The notes under the pieces were generated by a model. The model was not told the origin of the DNA. It searched no databases and saw only the letters and a list, made by a program, of their open reading frames with translations. Of a stretch of DNA of 64,000 nt, positions 37,095-49,998 are shown in pieces. The DNA lies in contig NC_057752.1 of NCBI RefSeq assembly GCF_004010195.1, positions 13,999,727 to 14,063,726 on the forward strand. Direction: 5' to 3'. The translations under genes and the position numbers were made by a program. Origin of the DNA: Chiloscyllium plagiosum. Its lineage: Eukaryota. Positions within the stretch are counted from its first letter, which is position 1; each line of letters starts with the position of its first letter.

Positions 37095-37710
37095 CACTGC
37101 TCAGACCATTGAATATACGAGTTGGGGCATCAGGATCAGGTTGAACAGGATATTGGTGAGACAACATTTGGAGTACTGTGTACAGTTCTGGGCGCCCTGC
37201 TGTTGGAAGGATTTTATTAACTTGGAGAGGATGTAGACAAGACGTACCAGAATGTTACCAGGATTGGAGGGTTTGAGTCCGAAGAAGAGGCTGGATCGGC
37301 TGGGATTATTTTCCCTGGAGGGTCGGAGACTAAGGGGTGACCTTACAGGACTTTATAAAATCATGAGGAGCATGGATAGGGTGAACAGACAAGGTCTTTA
37401 TCCCGGGGGAGGGGATTTGAAAACTAGAGGGCATAGGTTTCAGGTGAGAGGGGAAAAATTGAAAAGGGACCTGAGGGGCAACTTTTTCACATGACGCTAG
37501 TGTCTATGTGGAATGAATTGCCAGGGGCAAGTGGTAGATGTGGATACAGTTACAACATTTAAAAGTCATTTGGACACGTACATGAATAGGAAAGGTTTAG
37601 AGGAATATGGGCCAAATGCAGGCAAATGGGACGAGATTAGTTTGGGAAACTTGGTCAGCATGGACCAGTTGGACCGAAGGGTCTGTTTCTGTGCATTATG
37701 ACCTTCTGAC
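37095..37710 (+). mobile_element. CR1 3' part
   Basis: RQHLEYCVQFWAP...LGLFSLEGRRLRGDL...RGHRF. Confidence 0.9.
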
Positions 37711-38120
37711 TCGACGAGATGGTGCCCAAGAGACTGAGTCTAGTTGGACAGAATGCAGTCTGATAAACATAGCGGATGTGTGTGCTTGAGAGTTAATCAC
37801 AGCCAAAGCAAGCACAGGCTTGGAAAGGGAAAATGATCTTACTCAGCATGAGATTGCATTGAGAAGTGTACACCAGTTCATGGGGAGGTGGCTATCCCCC
37901 AAACCAGACAGCTTGAACATGTTGCAGTTAAATTATGATTCCCAGCTTGCTTTTTAAAAAGTCTGTCGCTTACAAGGAAGTGTTGCAATTGGTTGTAGAG
38001 ATCAATAATTGTCTTTGAAAAAAGGAATTGCAACAAAGCCAACTGAGGGACAACAGGTGGACAAGCCTACATTTCTTAAAACATTTATTGTAACAAGCCA
38101 ACTGAAGCCAAACATTAATC

Positions 38121-38475
38121 AGGGAGGCACGGTGGCACAGTGGTTAGCACTGCTGCCTCACGGCGTCAGAGACCCAGGTTCAATTCCCACCTCAGGCAAC
38201 TGACTGTGTGGAGTTTGCACGTTCTCCCCGTGTCTGCGTGGGTTTCCTCCAGGTGCTCCGGTTTCCTCCCACACCTCCAACGATGTACAGGTTAGGTGAA
38301 TTGGCCATGCTAAATTACCCATAATGCCCAGGGCTGTGCAGGTTAGGTGAATTGGCCATGCTAAATTGCCTGTAGTGTTAGGTGTAGGAGAATGGGTCTG
38401 GGTGGGTTACTCTTCGGATGGTCGGTGTGGACTTGTTGGGCCGAAGGGTGTGTTTCCACACTGTAAGTAATCTTA
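38121..38475 (+). mobile_element. HE1/V-SINE with two copies of the ~52-bp internal unit
   Basis: CAGGTTAGGTGAATTGGCCATGCTAAATT occurs twice. Confidence 0.9.
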
Positions 38476-39221
38476 ATCAACAGGTGAATGATGTTTCTAA
38501 ACAGATAGGTACTTGATGCAACAAAGGTAGCATCAAGTTGCAAGCGATCAGATTACTTCCTATCCAAATGTGGGACAATATGCAATCTCACAGTCTTCCC
38601 AACAGGATCTCTCACATCCCAGTGAATTGATTATTGCCAGGGTCACATTCACCAGACATTAACAGACTTGTGGCCATCTGTGAACCCTCTCTCACTCAGA
38701 TGAGGACAGACCTGTTGGCGCAGAGTCCCCAAAGACTTGGACCCCTTGAACCAGTCCAGTTGCAGTGCAACACTGACACAGCAGCAATGGGTCTTTTCCA
38801 AGTCCTTCCTGTCTTCAGCTCTCCGCTCTTGCAAACAAGGATCAGTTTGAAGACTGCCGAACAAGCTTTAACCCATCTCTTGTCAAGGACCGTGCTTGAA
38901 GAAAGCTGAGATGGGATCAACGTGTACATTTTTTGAAGGGCTGAGATTAAGTGGACTGGCTTCTCAACACTGGCTTCCAAGTAAACCTTGACTGAAGGAA
39001 GAAAGTGTGTCTCTCTCAAACAGCAGCAAGGATTCACTGTCAAATCGTTGAATAATAACACAATCTGTACTTAGTATACATTTTACATCTCAACACTGTT
39101 CTCTGTAATGTCCTCCACTCCCATAACCCTTCGAGATATCTGTCTCACTGTCATTCTGGTCTCTCTCACGCACCATCAATTTTAATTGCTCCATCATTTA
39201 CTGTGGCTGTGCTTTAAGCTT

Positions 39222-41866
39222 TTTTTTTTAAAAAAGATTTTCACTCTTTTACAAAAAAACCAAAAAGAAATTATAAAAGTACAAAACTACAGAGAAGTAG
39301 AAATACTATCGTACTATTATATTACAGTAACGTTGACAATAAACTACCTAGAATTCTTCAAGGTACAGTTGTCTCATATTTGCTTAACTTAAACCAAATT
39401 AGCACAAACTCAAATTAAATAAAATAACATTAAATTACATTACAATCCACCAAAATTAAATTACGCTACATTGTACTCTATTACATTACTCCATTTGTCA
39501 CACCTCCATCAATGCTCCTGTCCACAGGAGCAACAGTTATTATACCTATATTTACTAGGCCATCCCCCACCCTCGGGTCCCCGGACCACTATACATGGCC
39601 CTCATGGCTATATAAAGGCCCTAATCAGTACTGCCAACTGATCCATGTCTATGTAATTTAGAAAGGGCCGCCATGTCTTATAAAACTGTTCCGTTCCGTG
39701 GCACCATACTTGTCAGATAATCTTGAGTGAGGTACGTGCTCCATCACAAGTCTGCGCCACCCTGCAAGACCTGGAGGCTTTGCTGATATCCAATTCATTA
39801 GGATATTCTTCCTCACACAGTGTGTAAGAATGTTACATGACCTCTTCCTGTGCTCACCCAAAGAAGGAAAATTCAGTAGGCCCAAAAGGAGGGATACTGG
39901 ATCCTCCCTAACTTCCACTCCCAGGATCCTCTCTAGCTCATTCACAATGGCCCCCCAGTATCCACAGATCTTGTAACAGGACCAAAAGCAATGCGTAAGG
40001 ATGCTAATACTGTTTTTTACATTTGGGACATTTCGGGGAAGATTCTTTTTTGAGCTTTGCTAACCCCTCTGGCGCCATATGGGCCCTGTGGAGGGTCTTC
40101 AATTGTATCGCTTGAACCCTATTACATATTGAAATTTTCTTTACATTCCTCCATATATCTTCCCATGTTTCCAATGAGATTTCTTCCCCTAACTCCTGAT
40201 TTCAAATCTCTTGGAGTCTCTCCATATCCCCCAAGGCATTCCCTCTCTGTAGATGATATATGGTACTAACCGAGCCGTGGGCGGCACGGTGGCACAGTGG
40301 TTAGCACTGCTGCCTCACAGCGCCTGAGACCCGGGTTCAATTCCCGCCTCAGGCGACTGACTGTGTGGAGTTTGCACGTTCTCCCCGTGTCTGCGTGGGT
40401 TTCCTCCGGGTGCTCCAGTTTCCTCCCACAGTCCAAAGATGTGCAGGTCAGGTGAATTGGCCATGCTAAATTGCCCGTAGTGTTAGGTAAGGGGTAAATG
40501 TAGGGGTATGGGTGGGTTGCGCTTCGGCGGGTCGGTGTGGACTTGTTGGGCCGAAGGGCCTGTTTCCACACTGTAATGTAATCTAATCTAAAAAAAAAGT
40601 ACCCCACGTTGGAGCACTCTTCATTCTGTATCCGACTTGTAGGGCTGGGTCAAGTGCGTGGTCTTCTTCTGTATGTAATCCCTAACCTGGAAATATTGGA
40701 AAAGGTCCCTCTTAGGGATTCTGTATTTCTGACCTAATTGGATGAAAGACATCAAGATCTCTCCCTCAAATAGATCTCCCAGACAGGAGATTCCTTTACC
40801 CTCCCATGCTCTGAAGCTGGAGTCCACTGACCCCAGTCTAAATCCTGGAGTTCCCACTAACGGGGTGAACGGCGAAGTCTTAAGCAAATTACCCTCACCC
40901 TGCCGCATTATCCTCCATACTTTTACTGTATTTAAGATAATCAGACTCTCACACTGCTCAACTACCGATCTCATCTTATCCATGAGCAGTAAGCTTATGA
41001 GGGGACATCTTGCCTGCAAGGCCTCCACATCAAACCAAACCCTGTGGATCTCTTCCCCAGTCTTCTGGCTGTTTCGATTATTAAACGCCTTTCCTTGTAA
41101 TGCTGGAGTTGCACTCGGAACGGGCGGGGGCGCTGAGCCGGCCCAGACCTACGCATCACGCTCCGGTAGGCCCGCTCCACACTCTCCCGGCCCGACTCGA
41201 TCTCCAGGCTCAGCAACCCCAGAAGCCACCTCTCGAAGAAATCAGCGAGGTTTTCACCTTCTTCACGCTTGGGTAAGCCCAAGACCCGTAGATGTTTTCT
41301 TCGAACTCGATTTTCGCGGTCGTCTACTTGTTCCTGCAGGGCCCGAACCTGGCCTTCCGAGGTTCGGACCCCTTCCCCCCACCAGAGCTCTCCGTCGCGG
41401 ACTCTGAGGCTGCGGTCCTCTGCTCCACCGCCTCCACGCGCTGATCCAAAGCCCAAATCTCCTGCTCAGGCTTTGTCAGCATGGCAGTAATCCGCTCCAG
41501 CTCTCCCTCGACTTTTTCACGGAGTTTTACAAATTCCATTAGTAAATTCTGTTACTCCACTGAACTTAAAGGCACCACCACAGGAGTCCAAGCAGCAGCT
41601 GCGGGTGTGCCCGACATAGTAGCAGAGTGCCCTGCCTGCTGCACTCCCCTAGCTCCCTGGCCTTCAGATGTCTTCATTTCAGCTCCAGATCTTCCAAATC
41701 CTAATTTAAAGAGGCTCGAGATGCTCTACCTACTTTATATAACAAACATTCCTCAGGGGTGACTAATGGTGGGGGGGGGGGTTGGGTTAGGAGCCCACCT
41801 TGCCTCGGATTTGGCACAGAGCCCAACACAGCAGACTGTTCAGACAGCCGCCATCTTGAATCCCAC
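39222..41866 (-). mobile_element. Internally deleted L1: 5' UTR and partial ORF1 fused to ORF2 C-terminus, poly(A), 12-bp TSD
   Basis: 5' end GGGATTCAAGATGGCGGC; ORF1 ENRVRRKHLRVLGLP...VERAYR...PRP; ORF2 end FRAWEGKGI...DLF...FQYFQVR, HCFWSC, RKNILMNW; TSD TGCTTTAAGCTT at 39210-21 and 41867-78. Confidence 0.88.
40279..40598 (+). mobile_element. HE1/V-SINE nested in the L1
   Basis: Full-length young copy. Confidence 0.93.
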
Positions 41867-42204
41867 TGCTTTAAGCTTCATAACTCCTGGTCTCTGAAAT
41901 TTTCTCCCTAAACCCCTCCATCTCCCCAAAACTATTTTCTCCTTGAAAGCACTCCTTAAAATCTGCCCTGCATCAAGCTTTTGGTCACATGTCCCAATGT
42001 CTCCTTATGTGGTTCAGTGTCAAATTCCTTTGGATAATTCTACAGTGAAGCATCCTGGGAGATTTGCAGTATGTTAAAGGATTAGTGCAAGTTGTTATTG
42101 GGATTGACCAGTTCTGGGGTTAGGAAAATGTTGATTTTGGTTGGTTAAGTGACTGAAGTGAAGGGAAATATGCCACCATTTAAACCAAACTACTCTTTTC
42201 GGAT

Positions 42205-42512
42205 AGTTAGCACTGCTGCCTCACAGCGCCAGGGACCCAGGTTCGATTCCAGCCTCAGGCAACTGCCTGTGTAGAGTTTGCACGTTCTCCCCGTGTCTGT
42301 GGGGGTTTCCTCCGGGTGCTCCGGTTTACTCCCACAGTCCGAAGATGCGCAGGTTAGGGTGAATTGGCCATGCTAAATTGCTCATAGTGTTGGGTGCATT
42401 AGTCAGGGGTAAATATAGATGTAGGGGAATGGGTCTGAGTGGGTTACAAAGGTCGGTGTGGACTTGTTGGGCTAAAGGGCCTGTTTCCACACTGTCGGGA
42501 TTCTAATCTAAT
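42205..42512 (+). mobile_element. HE1/V-SINE
   Basis: Head, core and tail present. Confidence 0.9.
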
Positions 42513-43399
42513 TTAATATGGAGTGCCCACTCTCTCTCTGTCAGGATAAAACTTGTTGACAGTTGACAAATTATATTGAGAATGTACGCTAGCAAAGGGT
42601 ATTGGTTCCTTATGTACGTCGAGCACTTATAAAGGAAGACTGATGGTTATGTCTAGACTCAGAGAGAGTCTTAGAGAGACAGTATCCAGTGTCCACCTAT
42701 ATACTTCAGACCTTCCACGTCCAATGGGCACTGCCAGGGCTGGAGTGTTTCAGGACCTCACAGAACATCCTTTTTAGTTAAATAAATAAGATCCCTTTGA
42801 GCTTCTGTCTTTAGTTGCAGTGCCCCTTTAAGCGGTTGTCAACTGAATAAACTTAGTTTGTGTTTTTTTTAATTGCTTTATAAAAAAACAGTATGAAGAG
42901 AGACTGCTGGCACACTGAGTTGAGAGATAAGAAACAGACAGTTGTAATGTTCCACTCCTTGAAAAAAAACTAATTATCAAGATATGGATAATTTCAGACT
43001 GCACCCCACTCACTTGGAATTTGTTTAATAGGCCCCACTCTCCGAAATCCAGAGATCCTCAGTGCAGGTTGGCTTGAGTCCTGGGTTAGACTGAGGTTTA
43101 AACGGCTGTGCCAGTACAGCACACCAAATACTGTCACTTCCAAAGTTTTCAGTCAGGATGACTGCCCCAACTGTGTAGAAACTCAGCGTTCATTGTTGAC
43201 AGTGCCCCGCGAGGGCCCCACCAATGAGTCTGGCACTACCTTGCTTCCAATTCGCCATCTCCAGGTGTGCCATCTCGGTGCCAAGTTGACAAAAAAGGAG
43301 CCACTGTACGATGTGCAAGTGATAGCTTGGAGGTTGGTTTCGGTCAGTTGGCTGTACAGCTGGTTTGTGACGCCAACAGTGTCAGTTTAATTATTGCAC

Positions 43400-44950
43400 A
43401 AGGCCAAACAGGTTGGGGCTGTGCTCAACTGGAGTTGAGAAGGATGAGAGGTGATCTCAGTGGAACATATTGGATTCCTCAGGGGCTTGGCAGGGTAAAT
43501 GCTGAGAGGATGTTTCCCCTCATGGGAGAGTCTAGTCTCAGAATAAAGCGGCACCAATTTCAGACTGAGATGAGGAAGAAATTTTCTAAGAACAACAATG
43601 AACAAAGTATATTCCAGCACAGGGACAGGCCCTTCGGCCCTCCAAGCCTGCACTGACCCAGATCCTCTATCTAAACCTGTCGCCTATTTTCTAAGCATCT
43701 GTATCTTTCTGTTCCCTGCCCCATTCATGTATCTGTCTAAATACATCTTAAATGACACTATCGTGCCCGTCTCTACCACCTCCACTGGCAACGTGTTCCA
43801 GGCACCCACCACCCTCTGTGTAAAGAATCTTCCATGCATATCTCCCTTAAATTTTTCCCCTCTCACTTTGAACTCGTGACCCCTAGTAAGTGAGTCCCCC
43901 GCTCTGGGAAAAAGCTCCTTACTATCCACCCTGTCTGTACCTCTCATGATTTTGTAGACCTCATTCAGGTCCCCCCTTCAACCTCCGTCTTTCGACTGAA
44001 AATTATCCTAATCTACTCAACCTCTCTTCATAGCCAGCCCCCTCCATACCAGGCAACATCCTGGTGAACCCTCTCTGCACCCTCTCCAAAGCATCCACAT
44101 CCTTTTGGTAATGTGGCGACCAGAACTGTACGCAGTATTCCAAGTGTGGCCGAACCAAAGTCCTATACAACTGTAACATGACCTGCCAACCCTTGTACTC
44201 AATACCCCGTCTGATGAAGGAAAGCATGCTTGACCACTCTACTGACCTGTGTTGCCACCTTCAGGGAACAATGAGCCTGAAAACCCAGATCTCTCTGTAC
44301 ATCAATTTTCCTCAGGACTTTTCCATTTACTGTATAGTTCACTGAACCTTCCAAAATGCATCACTTCGCATTTGCCTGGATTGAGCTCCATCTGCCATTT
44401 CTCCACCCAACTCTCCCATCTATCTATATTCTGTTGCATTCACTGACAGTCCCCTTCACTATCTGCCCCTACACCAATCTTATTGTCATCTGCAAACCTG
44501 CTAATCAGACCTTATGGGGAACCTTATCAAATGCCTTACTAAAGTCCATGTATATGACATCTACAGCCCTTCCCTCATCAATCAACTTTGTCACTTCCTC
44601 AAAGAATTCTATTAAGTTGGTAAGATATGACCTTCCCCGCACAAAACCATGTTGCCTATCACTGATAAGCCCATTTTCTTCCAAATGTAAATAGATTCTA
44701 TCCCTCAGTATCTTCTCCAGCAACTTCCCTCTCAGAGGGTTGAGAGTTTTTGGAATTTCTTGCCACAGAGAACTGCCAGGGCAGAGTCCTCGTGTATCTT
44801 TAAGGTTGGGATAGAGAGAGATTCTTGATCAGTCGGGAATCAAGGGTTATGGGGAAAGGGCAGGAAATTGGATGTCAGCTATGATCCTGTTGAATGGTGG
44901 AGCACACTCAAGAGGCTGAAGGGCCTACTCCTGTTTCTATTTCTTATGGT
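43400..44950 (+). mobile_element. CR1 3' fragment (host), interrupted by an antisense CR1
   Basis: LELRRMRGDL...EMRKKF stops at ~43587 and resumes SQRVESFWNFLPQR at ~44730. Confidence 0.75.
43588..44730 (-). mobile_element. CR1 RT to 3' end with internal deletion at ~44510
   Basis: LEKILRDRIYLHLEENGLISDRQHGFVRGRS...FSKAFDKVPH; LYRTLVRPHLEYCVQFW; RGHEFKVRG. Confidence 0.92.
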
Positions 44951-45669
44951 CTTGAAGACTTCTATTGGATTGGCCCATGCTTATGGACAAAGTACTGCAG
45001 TGGTTTGCCTTTGGCACCTGCGGGATGGCTGACCAGGAGAATTTCCAACTCTTACCACCTGCCATCAGGCGTGTTAGAAGGATTTACAGGCTGACCTCAA
45101 CCCATTTGAGCTCCCTTACAAACACATCTTTCATGGCCAACAGGTCCTGCCAAAGAAGACTTGAACACAGAGCTTCTGGTCTCGAAGTAGGGATACTACC
45201 ATTTCACCACAAGACCTCCTCAAATACAATAAATCCAACAGGAAATTCAGGAGCAATGCTTTTAGCCATAGAGTAATCCAAGTGTGGGACTCACAATAGG
45301 GAATAATTGAAGAAAATAGTATAGGTGCATTTATGGTAAACACAGGAGAGAGGAAAGAGGCTTTGTTGCTCAGTGAGAAGAAATAGTTTGAAATGAGACT
45401 TTGGTGAAATAAAAACACTTGGACGCATCAGTGGGACTGAATGGCTGTTTGTGTGTGGTCAATACCGTAGAACTCTATGTAATAATAACAGGAAAAGGCT
45501 AGTTCCATCATTTCCTTGAGCTTTCTGCCAATTCCCTGCTGAAATTGGGAGACACGCCCGGAGAGATTCCTGTGATATTTCTGCTTTGGTGTAATTGTCT
45601 CCCATGCCAGTACATTGATTAGTTTCAATCTGAATGATCTGATGGTAGGATGTTTGAGTATTGTTGAGA

Positions 45670-45980
45670 AACGAGACAATGCTGTTGAAGCTTTTCAGCT
45701 TGCCCTCGTCAGGACACAATTACAAGACTGCCAAATCTCAAAGGGAACAATTTCTGCTGAATAAGAAAGAGTGCTGATTGGTTGGCAAGTTGACTTTGCT
45801 TGATTGAGACATTACTATGAAGAATGGAAGAGGGAACTGTTGTCCCACAGGCTTTTATTCTATTCCAAAAAGCCATGAAAAAACTGGACAGTTTTTTTTT
45901 CTGTCAGCGGAAGTTTCCTGCATGTGAATACATTTAGCTTCTAGCAAGCGCGTGAGCCACATTGTGAGCTTGGGTTGATA
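45670..45980 (-). mobile_element. Second PLE family, 3' end with hammerhead motif
   Basis: LLEAKCIH GIY-YIG-like end, then CTGACGA-G-GGC-AA-GCT-GAAAAGCTTC (45687-45712). Confidence 0.6.
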
Positions 45981-45982
45981 AA

Positions 45983-46239
45983 AGTGGAGCTTAAAAATGT
46001 GTTGCTGGAAAAGCGCAGCAGGTCAGGCAGCATCCAAGGAGCAGGAGAATCGACATTTTGAGCATAAGCCCTTCTTCAGGAATGAGGAGGGTGTGCCAAG
46101 CAGGCTAAGATAAAAGGTAGGGAGGAGGGACTTGGGGGAGGGGCGTTGAGAATGCGATAGGTGGAAGGAGGTTAAGGTGAGGGTGATAGGCCGGAGTGGG
46201 GGTGGGGGAGGAGAGGTCAGGAAGAAGATTGCAGGTCAA
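45983..46239 (-). mobile_element. PLE terminal region running into a gap
   Basis: CTGAAGAAGGGCTTATGCTCAAAATGTC (CpG-decayed hammerhead) plus GATGCTGCCTGACCTGCTG. Confidence 0.8.
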
Positions 46240-49200
46240 NNNNNNNNNNNNNNNNNNNNNNNNNNNNNNNNNNNNNNNNNNNNNNNNNNNNNNNNNNNNN
46301 NNNNNNNNNNNNNNNNNNNNNNNNNNNNNNNNNNNNNNNNNNNNNNNNNNNNNNNNNNNNNNNNNNNNNNNNNNNNNNNNNNNNNNNNNNNNNNNNNNNN
46401 NNNNNNNNNNNNNNNNNNNNNNNNNNNNNNNNNNNNNNNNNNNNNNNNNNNNNNNNNNNNNNNNNNNNNNNNNNNNNNNNNNNNNNNNNNNNNNNNNNNN
46501 NNNNNNNNNNNNNNNNNNNNNNNNNNNNNNNNNNNNNNNNNNNNNNNNNNNNNNNNNNNNNNNNNNNNNNNNNNNNNNNNNNNNNNNNNNNNNNNNNNNN
46601 NNNNNNNNNNNNNNNNNNNNNNNNNNNNNNNNNNNNNNNNNNNNNNNNNNNNNNNNNNNNNNNNNNNNNNNNNNNNNNNNNNNNNNNNNNNNNNNNNNNN
46701 NNNNNNNNNNNNNNNNNNNNNNNNNNNNNNNNNNNNNNNNNNNNNNNNNNNNNNNNNNNNNNNNNNNNNNNNNNNNNNNNNNNNNNNNNNNNNNNNNNNN
46801 NNNNNNNNNNNNNNNNNNNNNNNNNNNNNNNNNNNNNNNNNNNNNNNNNNNNNNNNNNNNNNNNNNNNNNNNNNNNNNNNNNNNNNNNNNNNNNNNNNNN
46901 NNNNNNNNNNNNNNNNNNNNNNNNNNNNNNNNNNNNNNNNNNNNNNNNNNNNNNNNNNNNNNNNNNNNNNNNNNNNNNNNNNNNNNNNNNNNNNNNNNNN
47001 NNNNNNNNNNNNNNNNNNNNNNNNNNNNNNNNNNNNNNNNNNAGCAGGTAGGGTGGTAGGTAGGTAGGATGATAAGCAGGTAGGGTGGCAGGTAGGTAGG
47101 GTGATAAGCTGGTAGGGTGCCGGGTGGTTAGGGTGATAGGTGAGTAAGGTGATAGGCAGTGGGATGCTAAGTAGAGGTGTGTGGAATGACAGGTGGGTAG
47201 GGTGCCAGGTGGGTAGGGTGCCAGGTGTGTGATGGAATGCTTAAGATTGTTCAAGGAGGTGGTGTTATTAGGGCTGCCAGTGGTGGGGAATTATCTGGGG
47301 GATGGAAGTGATAAAGGCAGTTAGGTCCTGGAAGAATCGAGCCCATGTCAGCAGTCAGGGAGGTCAAGTCCCGGGGGAAGGGATGGAGTGAACTGGCATC
47401 GTGCTGGGTTGGCAGACTGGATGGGTAAGATGGATCGCTTATCAGGGATTCTGGGGTTATAAGGAGCGGGGATACTGTATTTGGGAGTAAATTGTCGGGA
47501 GGAGTGCAATCAGCTGATTGGTTACCCAGGAATTAGACTAGATTTGCAATTGACTTTAACAGAGGTGAAATCTCCAAACTTCCCAATGTTAAGGGTTTTT
47601 GTTTTGAACAGTTCCAGACACAGGGGAATTGCCCATTGGAATCTTCACCCTCCCCAGTAATCCCCACAGAGTCAGCTACATCTGGGATTCCACAGGGCCC
47701 TAGTGTCCAACGGCAGTCTTTGCTACTCCAACGACTCTCTGGCTGTTGGAATATCTGGTCCTATACCTCCTGATCTTTGTGAGGTTTGATGAGTATGACC
47801 CTGAATGTTTTTCAGTGCAGGTCTGCCAGCACGCTGGGGGCTTGGACTGATCTCTGGTGCATTATGCCACACATGGGAGGCTGATGCTCACCGTTCCATA
47901 CCTGCGACACACGCAGTCCATGGCAGGCTCACGTCTGCTTGTGGACACTGTGCGCAATCTGCCGAAAAACCTCGGGAGCAATTTGCAAGCTGGAAATAAA
48001 TGGGATTAGGAGTCAGCAGTTACTGTCACCAGAGGAATTCATACCTTCAAAAGAGTTCAGGATCCGTTCCCCAATCTGTGTACGTTTTGTTAATTCCAGC
48101 TGAGCTGGCAATATAGGTGGTGCAACAGGCCAATTCACCTGAAATGAATGATGGGTAAACATGGAATGGTGGGAAATGTGACGCACGTTAGGTAATTACT
48201 AACAGGCAATTCACTCTAATATGGCACAGAGGAAGGTAATGGAGTCTGCGTGCACAGTCGCACCTAAATGTTGACAAGCTTTTCCAGTAAATGGAAGATG
48301 TATTCCAGATGTGGGGAGGTTGGCCTTCCAGAATAAATGTATGGCTTGGATAATGGTTCTGAACACCAGATCTAAGCTTCTGGATGCACAGCTCATATAC
48401 GGCGTAAGGGTGCGGGTGGTCTATATATCTACATATGGTGTTGAATCAAAGCTCTACCTGGGAACCAGGCAAAACAGCAGATTAAAAAACAAAAAGCTTC
48501 CTTATCCACTTGAACTTCAACCCCTCTGTCACTTCATTGCTTTCCAACAGGGTTATACGGGCAGTTGAGGTGGCCACCTAAAACAAGGGTCTTCTGCATT
48601 TATGAAAATTGGCGCCCCATTATCTCCACATATGATAGATAGTTTGCTTCTGTCCTCTGCCCTTTGGAACATAGCACAAATGTACAATCTCTGGCAGGAA
48701 ATATGGGCCATATTACATGTTATTATTGTATATTCATGCCAAGGTATGGTAGTACCTATCCCGAACTCTCTCCAGCAGGGAGTCCAGTCATTTTACACAA
48801 ATTATATCAAACCCACAGCTTAGAAACAGGCCATTTGGCCCAGCCAGTCCATGCCAGTGTTTATGGTCTATACAAGCCTCATCCTGCTTTCCTCCATCAA
48901 ACTAAATTTACAATGACTTGCATTTGTACAGCACCTTTAATAAGAGTCCACTATCCTGAGGTGCTTCACAGGAGCGGTTATCAAACAACATTTGATCATC
49001 AGCCAATGAAGTAAATATTTGGAGATGCAACCCAAAGCTTGGTCAGAGTCAGGTTTTAAGGAGCAGCTTAAGAGAGGTGAGGAAATAATGAGGTTTCGGG
49101 GATTTTATTCCAGAGATTGGGATCGTGACAGCACAACCACCAATATTGAGGTAAAAGAAAGGATGGGGGGTTGCGGGGTGGGGGCAGGGGGAGTGGTGTG

Positions 49201-49599
49201 TCGACAAGAGGCTAGAATTGAAAGGTCACAGAGATCTCAGATGGTTGAGGGTTGTAGGAGATTACAGAGATAGGAAGGGAGGCTGGGCCAAGCATTTTGG
49301 AACATGAGGATGTTATGACAAGGTGACAGCTGTAGCAGAGATGCAGTAGCCATAGGGTGTGAAAGCAATGCAGCATCTCCCATCTTGCACTCAGCAAGAC
49401 CATTCACAAGAATTCCAAAGTAAAGAGAGACCAATATTTTTGTAGTGTATGAGAGGAGAGTGTTGATTGATTGGCAGGTGGACTCTGGTTGGTAGAGGTG
49501 TTGCTGTTAGAAATGTATTAGTTAATGATTCATTGAGAAACAGATTTCTGATGGAGTGACACTCAACTTCCTACCCCTCACATATTTCTGACCGGTAGA

Positions 49600-49998
49600 T
49601 GGTACGTTTGTTTGTGTTAACCTGTCGTATCTGGAAGTCATCAGAGACCTTGACTGTTAAAGACAAGCATCTTGCTCGAACCAAGCACCGACTCAACAAG
49701 CTGCAACTCTCCCAAGTGCTACAGGAAGTGGCGATGAAAGGATGGTCTGAAACTATCAAGGGCGCTGCTATAGCAAAGAGCGAATAGTGGACCAACTGAG
49801 ATGAAGTGGGAGCCCAAGATGGCATCTTGTGCAACAGAAATAGGGTCATTATCCCAAAAGAGATGATGTTAGGAAGGCTGAAGCATGTCCGTGCAACCGT
49901 CAAGGAACTGAATTTAGTCTGAGGAAGGCAAGAGAGATGATCTCCTGACCAAACCTGACTAATGAGACTAAAGGCCACTTCCACAAGTGCAGTGTCTA
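49600..49998 (+). mobile_element. Gypsy/Ty3 LTR-retrotransposon pol remnant (pre-integrase and HHCC zinc finger)
   Basis: LQEVAMKGW...E*WTN*DEVGAQDGIL...RVIIPKEM...QGTEFSLRKAREMIS*PNL...HKCSV; contains stops and a frameshift. Confidence 0.8.

Larger units (their letters stand above)
39090..42100 (+). mobile_element. Old L2-type 3' end split by the L1 insertion
   Basis: The flanks join across the TSD and end GTGAAGCATCCTGGGAGA...GTTAAAGG...TGCAAGTTGTTATTG, an L2-like tail. Confidence 0.6.

Noticed and set aside
38027..38107. ~20-bp imperfect direct repeat ATTG(C/T)AACAA(A)GCCAACTGA
   Set aside because: Only two copies and no recognisable insert between them; a small local duplication.
38550..39060. 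Overlapping short ORFs in unique sequence
   Set aside because: No recognisable homology or convincing splice sites; small host exons cannot be excluded without RNA data.
40279..40350. tRNA gene
   Set aside because: The A/B boxes are the head of an HE1 SINE and recur in all copies.
4104..47254. Long ORFs containing X runs (4.1-5.1, 27.5-28.7, 32.1-33.1, 46.2-47.3 kb)
   Set aside because: Artefacts of translating N-gaps.
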